Positions 14,914 through 17,256 of a stretch of DNA of 17,256 bases are shown here, piece by piece; position 1 is the first letter of the stretch, and the number at the start of each line of letters is the position of its first letter. Under the pieces are notes generated by a model. That model ran no database searches and was not told the DNA's origin. It saw only the letters and a program-made list of their open reading frames with translations. The stretch covers positions 1 to 17,256 of the forward strand of contig JBDRRF010000042.1 in the NCBI GenBank assembly GCA_043825875.1. The letters are read 5' to 3'. The DNA comes from Pseudomonadota bacterium (GTDB lineage Bacteria; Desulfobacterota; Desulfobacteria; Desulfobacterales; RPRI01). Position numbers and translations under genes: made by a program.

Positions 14914-16092
14914 CTAACTTGCTCTCGGGAAAAATTTTTGATATAATATCCGTACAACTTTCACAAATCCTTTTGTTTCCAGAACCCTGCTTAGTCCATG
15001 CTTCATACACCACCGTAAAATAGGATTCGGAAAATAGCAATACTCCCCTGGCAGAAGAATAATTTTCCCCCCAAGCCCTGTCTTAAAAAAAGTAATAGAA
15101 CAATGAAAAGGCTCCGACCTGTCTCGCCCATTGAGAAGTTCCTCGGCATCCCGTCTGTCAATGCCTATAACATCAAAATATTTAAATCCTTTATCTTTTG
15201 CCCATTTAATTGCTTCCCAGTAAAGTAGATCGTTTGGATATAATTTAGAGCATCTTCCTGACCATCCGATACGCCAGGCACGAGCATAATCTCCAAATGT
15301 AAAAATCAACAAACTATTGATAAATTCATCATCTTGACGAAGCAACAGCAAATGTATCCACCCACGTGGAGCAAAAGCTGCCCAGAGCCGCTGAATAAAA
15401 TCATCACCAGGCAGATTAGGGCTGGTTCCCCTACGCTGACAGAGCAATCGCATCAGTTCCTTAAAAACTATGAGATGTTCAACCGATCCATGAATCAACT
15501 CTAATCTACTCTTAAGACTTCTTCTCTTAAGACTTCTTCGAACATGTTTTCTTGTCGTAGACCTCAAGTTTGTAATCAGCAAATCTTTATCAAGACTAAG
15601 GTCAATAATAACTGAGGCCTTAGCCCAAACAGAAGGAGGCAAAACATCCGGCCTTACCTGAAATCCTGCCAATAACATCTCCTGTACCATTGACTCTGAA
15701 AAGTAAGGAAGGCTTACAGCAAGATAAAAAAGACGGCGTTTTCCGGATAACCATTTGATCGCACGCAATACCAACGAAGGATCCGCTCCTTTCAAAACAA
15801 GAGGCCCGCGGCAGATATAGCCGATTCGAATCACTTTTTTTATCACAAATTCCAGAATCTGAGCGCCACCAATAATAAGCCCGTCTTTGACGAGATATAT
15901 CCGGACAGGCTTCCACCCATAATTACTGCGAATTTCCCCCCAGACAGAAGTTTGCTCCGGCTGAGGATCGCTGTGCATTTCTACAAACTGATCCCACTGC
16001 CTATCCTCGGCATCCGTCGAAACAACTAACTTGATTCCAAGATGCTTCAGATACTTATTTTCATACTTAGATTTGATCTTTTCATTCAGCAT
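14914..16092 (-). CDS. FemAB/FemX-like (double GNAT fold) aminoacyl/peptidyl transferase
   Basis: WDQFV...QTSVWGEIR...GW, GYICRGP, IDL, PNDLLYWEAIKWAKDKGFKYFD, FFKTGLGG. Paralogue of the neighbouring gene. Confidence 0.9.
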   Translation of the reverse strand: MLNEKIKSKYENKYLKHLGIKLVVSTDAEDRQWDQFVEMHSDPQPEQTSVWGEIRSNYGWKPVRIYLVKDGLIIGGAQILEFVIKKVIRIGYICRGPLVLKGADPSLVLRAIKWLSGKRRLFYLAVSLPYFSESMVQEMLLAGFQVRPDVLPPSVWAKASVIIDLSLDKDLLITNLRSTTRKHVRRSLKRRSLKSRLELIHGSVEHLIVFKELMRLLCQRRGTSPNLPGDDFIQRLWAAFAPRGWIHLLLLRQDDEFINSLLIFTFGDYARAWRIGWSGRCSKLYPNDLLYWEAIKWAKDKGFKYFDVIGIDRRDAEELLNGRDRSEPFHCSITFFKTGLGGKIILLPGEYCYFPNPILRWCMKHGLSRVLETKGFVKVVRILYQKFFPRAS

Positions 16093-16275
16093 TCCAATAC
16101 CCGAGTCTAATCTAATCGTAATAACTGCTTAATGCCGTATCGGCTCTTTTACTTTACAGCAGAATGATCAAATATTATACAAGTGATGGGATTTTCCAAG
16201 TCCATCAAATTTTTTGCGCTTAAGAATAGCAAAGGTGTGCCAATAATGCAATTTGATATTTACCACGAATGTTAA

Positions 16276-16470
16276 TCCAAGATATTTTCGCAACTGATCA
16301 TATATGGCTTTTCTCCGATACTTCGGTATCCACACAACATGATACTTACATTCCCATGATATATGATTTAAGCTTTTTATGTCTTTCACTTGAAACCTCC
16401 TTACCTGTAAACTATGAGCGGTTCACGGATAGGAGGTTTTCTTTATATCCCGGAATTGTCAAACTCCGGG
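16276..16470 (-). mobile_element. tnpA: IS200/IS605-family remnant: left-end hairpins and a 5' fragment of tnpA (Y1 HUH transposase)
   Basis: GTG 16389 starts MKDIKSLNHISWECKYHVVWIPKYRRKAIYDQLRKYLG, then similarity ends before the HUH motif. Hairpins aaacctcc...ggaggttt (16393-16439, covering the RBS) and cccgga...tccggg (16449-16470). Confidence 0.9.
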
Positions 16471-16618
16471 AGTTTACCTATGATTAATTATATAGCACAA
16501 CAACTTTTTCTTAAACCACTTCCCGAAGATTTCAACATCTCATCCGATGAATAGAATTCCTTGGACACCTTCAAAATGATCGCAGATGCTTTATAAGTGG
16601 GATATTGTTCTATTCCAC

Positions 16619-16638
16619 TGTCGGGAATCTTTACAATT
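16619..16638 (+). promoter_or_regulatory. PEP-CTERM box (putative enhancer)
   Basis: tgtcgg-gaatc-tttaca-att. Confidence 0.68.
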
Positions 16639-16726
16639 TCATTCAGCTCATATTATATTCATATTTATAATATTACAGCATTTAATTTGCTTAAACTCCG
16701 TCAAACCTTTATAATAGGCAAAATAG

Positions 16727-16746
16727 TGTCGGTTTTCTTTACAATT
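16727..16746 (+). promoter_or_regulatory. PEP-CTERM box (putative enhancer)
   Basis: tgtcgg-ttttc-tttaca-att. Confidence 0.68.
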
Positions 16747-17037
16747 ATTCGTATAAGTCTAAATAAACAAATAGTTATACTGACATATATTTTTTCTAAA
16801 TATAATAGCCTGATTATTTAATTAATAACTATTACTATTTATAGCATTTATTTTAATTAGCTTCGTTTGCATCAAAATTATCTATCCCGAATATGTCTGC
16901 ATTATTTATTTAATTAAACATTTGTCCCATTAAAAATTATTATTAAATATATTTATAGCTATTTCAATATTATATGCGCTTATATATCCTTGCGTCTTAC
17001 AGCTTGTGGCTTTACTTTTATACCATTTTACTTCCAG

Positions 17038-17072
17038 CCTTATTCCTTAGACCTTGAGCCTTTATCCTTTCT
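17038..17072. repeat. Second heptamer family (CCTTnnn x5)
   Basis: ccttatt ccttaga ccttgag cctttat cctttct, directly abutting the box at 17074. Confidence 0.65.
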
Positions 17073-17073
17073 G

Positions 17074-17093
17074 TGTCGGTTTACTTTACAATT
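17074..17093 (+). promoter_or_regulatory. PEP-CTERM box (putative enhancer)
   Basis: tgtcgg-tttac-tttaca-att, about 128 nt upstream of the sigma-54 site. Confidence 0.72.
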
Positions 17094-17217
17094 TTTGAAT
17101 GGTAATGAAAAAACCTATAACCTATTTATACCACATCAAGTTCATAGCAACTAATATATCATTTAAATTCTTATACTTATTGCTATTAATTGAAATTTAC
17201 AATTTCCATTTATTAGT

Positions 17218-17233
17218 TGGTATATAAATTGCT
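17218..17233 (+). promoter_or_regulatory. Sigma-54 (-24/-12) promoter for a gene beyond the window
   Basis: tGG-tatataaatt-GCt, one mismatch from the site at 9480. Confidence 0.8.
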
Positions 17234-17256
17234 TAATTTAATTAAAATTAATATAT

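Noticed and set aside
14897..15040. 48-aa N-terminal extension of the downstream FemAB-like ORF
   Set aside because: It overlaps the upstream paralogue by 127 nt. Similarity between the paralogues begins after ATG 14896.
16228..16242. Sigma-54-like TGGCAC...TTGCT on the minus strand upstream of the femAB-like genes
   Set aside because: GG to GC spacing is 9 nt, not the required 10.
16168..16275. C-terminal part of the 73-aa tnpA ORF
   Set aside because: Read-through into non-IS sequence after the truncation, with no HUH or catalytic Tyr motifs.

Overview
AT-rich bacterial window whose genes and repeat families suggest a Desulfobacterales-like deltaproteobacterium (inference). Core genes rnj and ftsK are followed by an accessory region with five parts. 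(1) A four-gene ECF sigma locus in which both a lipoprotein and the putative anti-sigma factor carry CBM48/AMPK-beta-like glycogen-binding domains. (2) A decayed zone with a truncated Bor-like lipoprotein and a Phd antitoxin whose VapC toxin is internally deleted, then an intact HTH-Panacea/RelE-like toxin-antitoxin pair. (3) An array of PEP-CTERM (exosortase target) genes, each with its own TGTCGG-N5-TTTACA box, sigma-54 promoter and intrinsic terminator. These are interleaved with heptamer arrays, GTAG-type REPs, a ~130 bp direct repeat and a nucleotidyltransferase module. (4) Two tandem FemAB/FemX-like genes. (5) An IS200/IS605 remnant, then three more boxes and a sigma-54 promoter pointing out of the window. 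The most notable items are an unannotated 55-aa PEP-CTERM protein with almost no cargo (10686-10853), a PEP-CTERM protein with the motif set of a Cys-Gln thioester domain (12884-13513), and the CBM48-ECF system. All family assignments come from motif recognition by eye; no searches were run.
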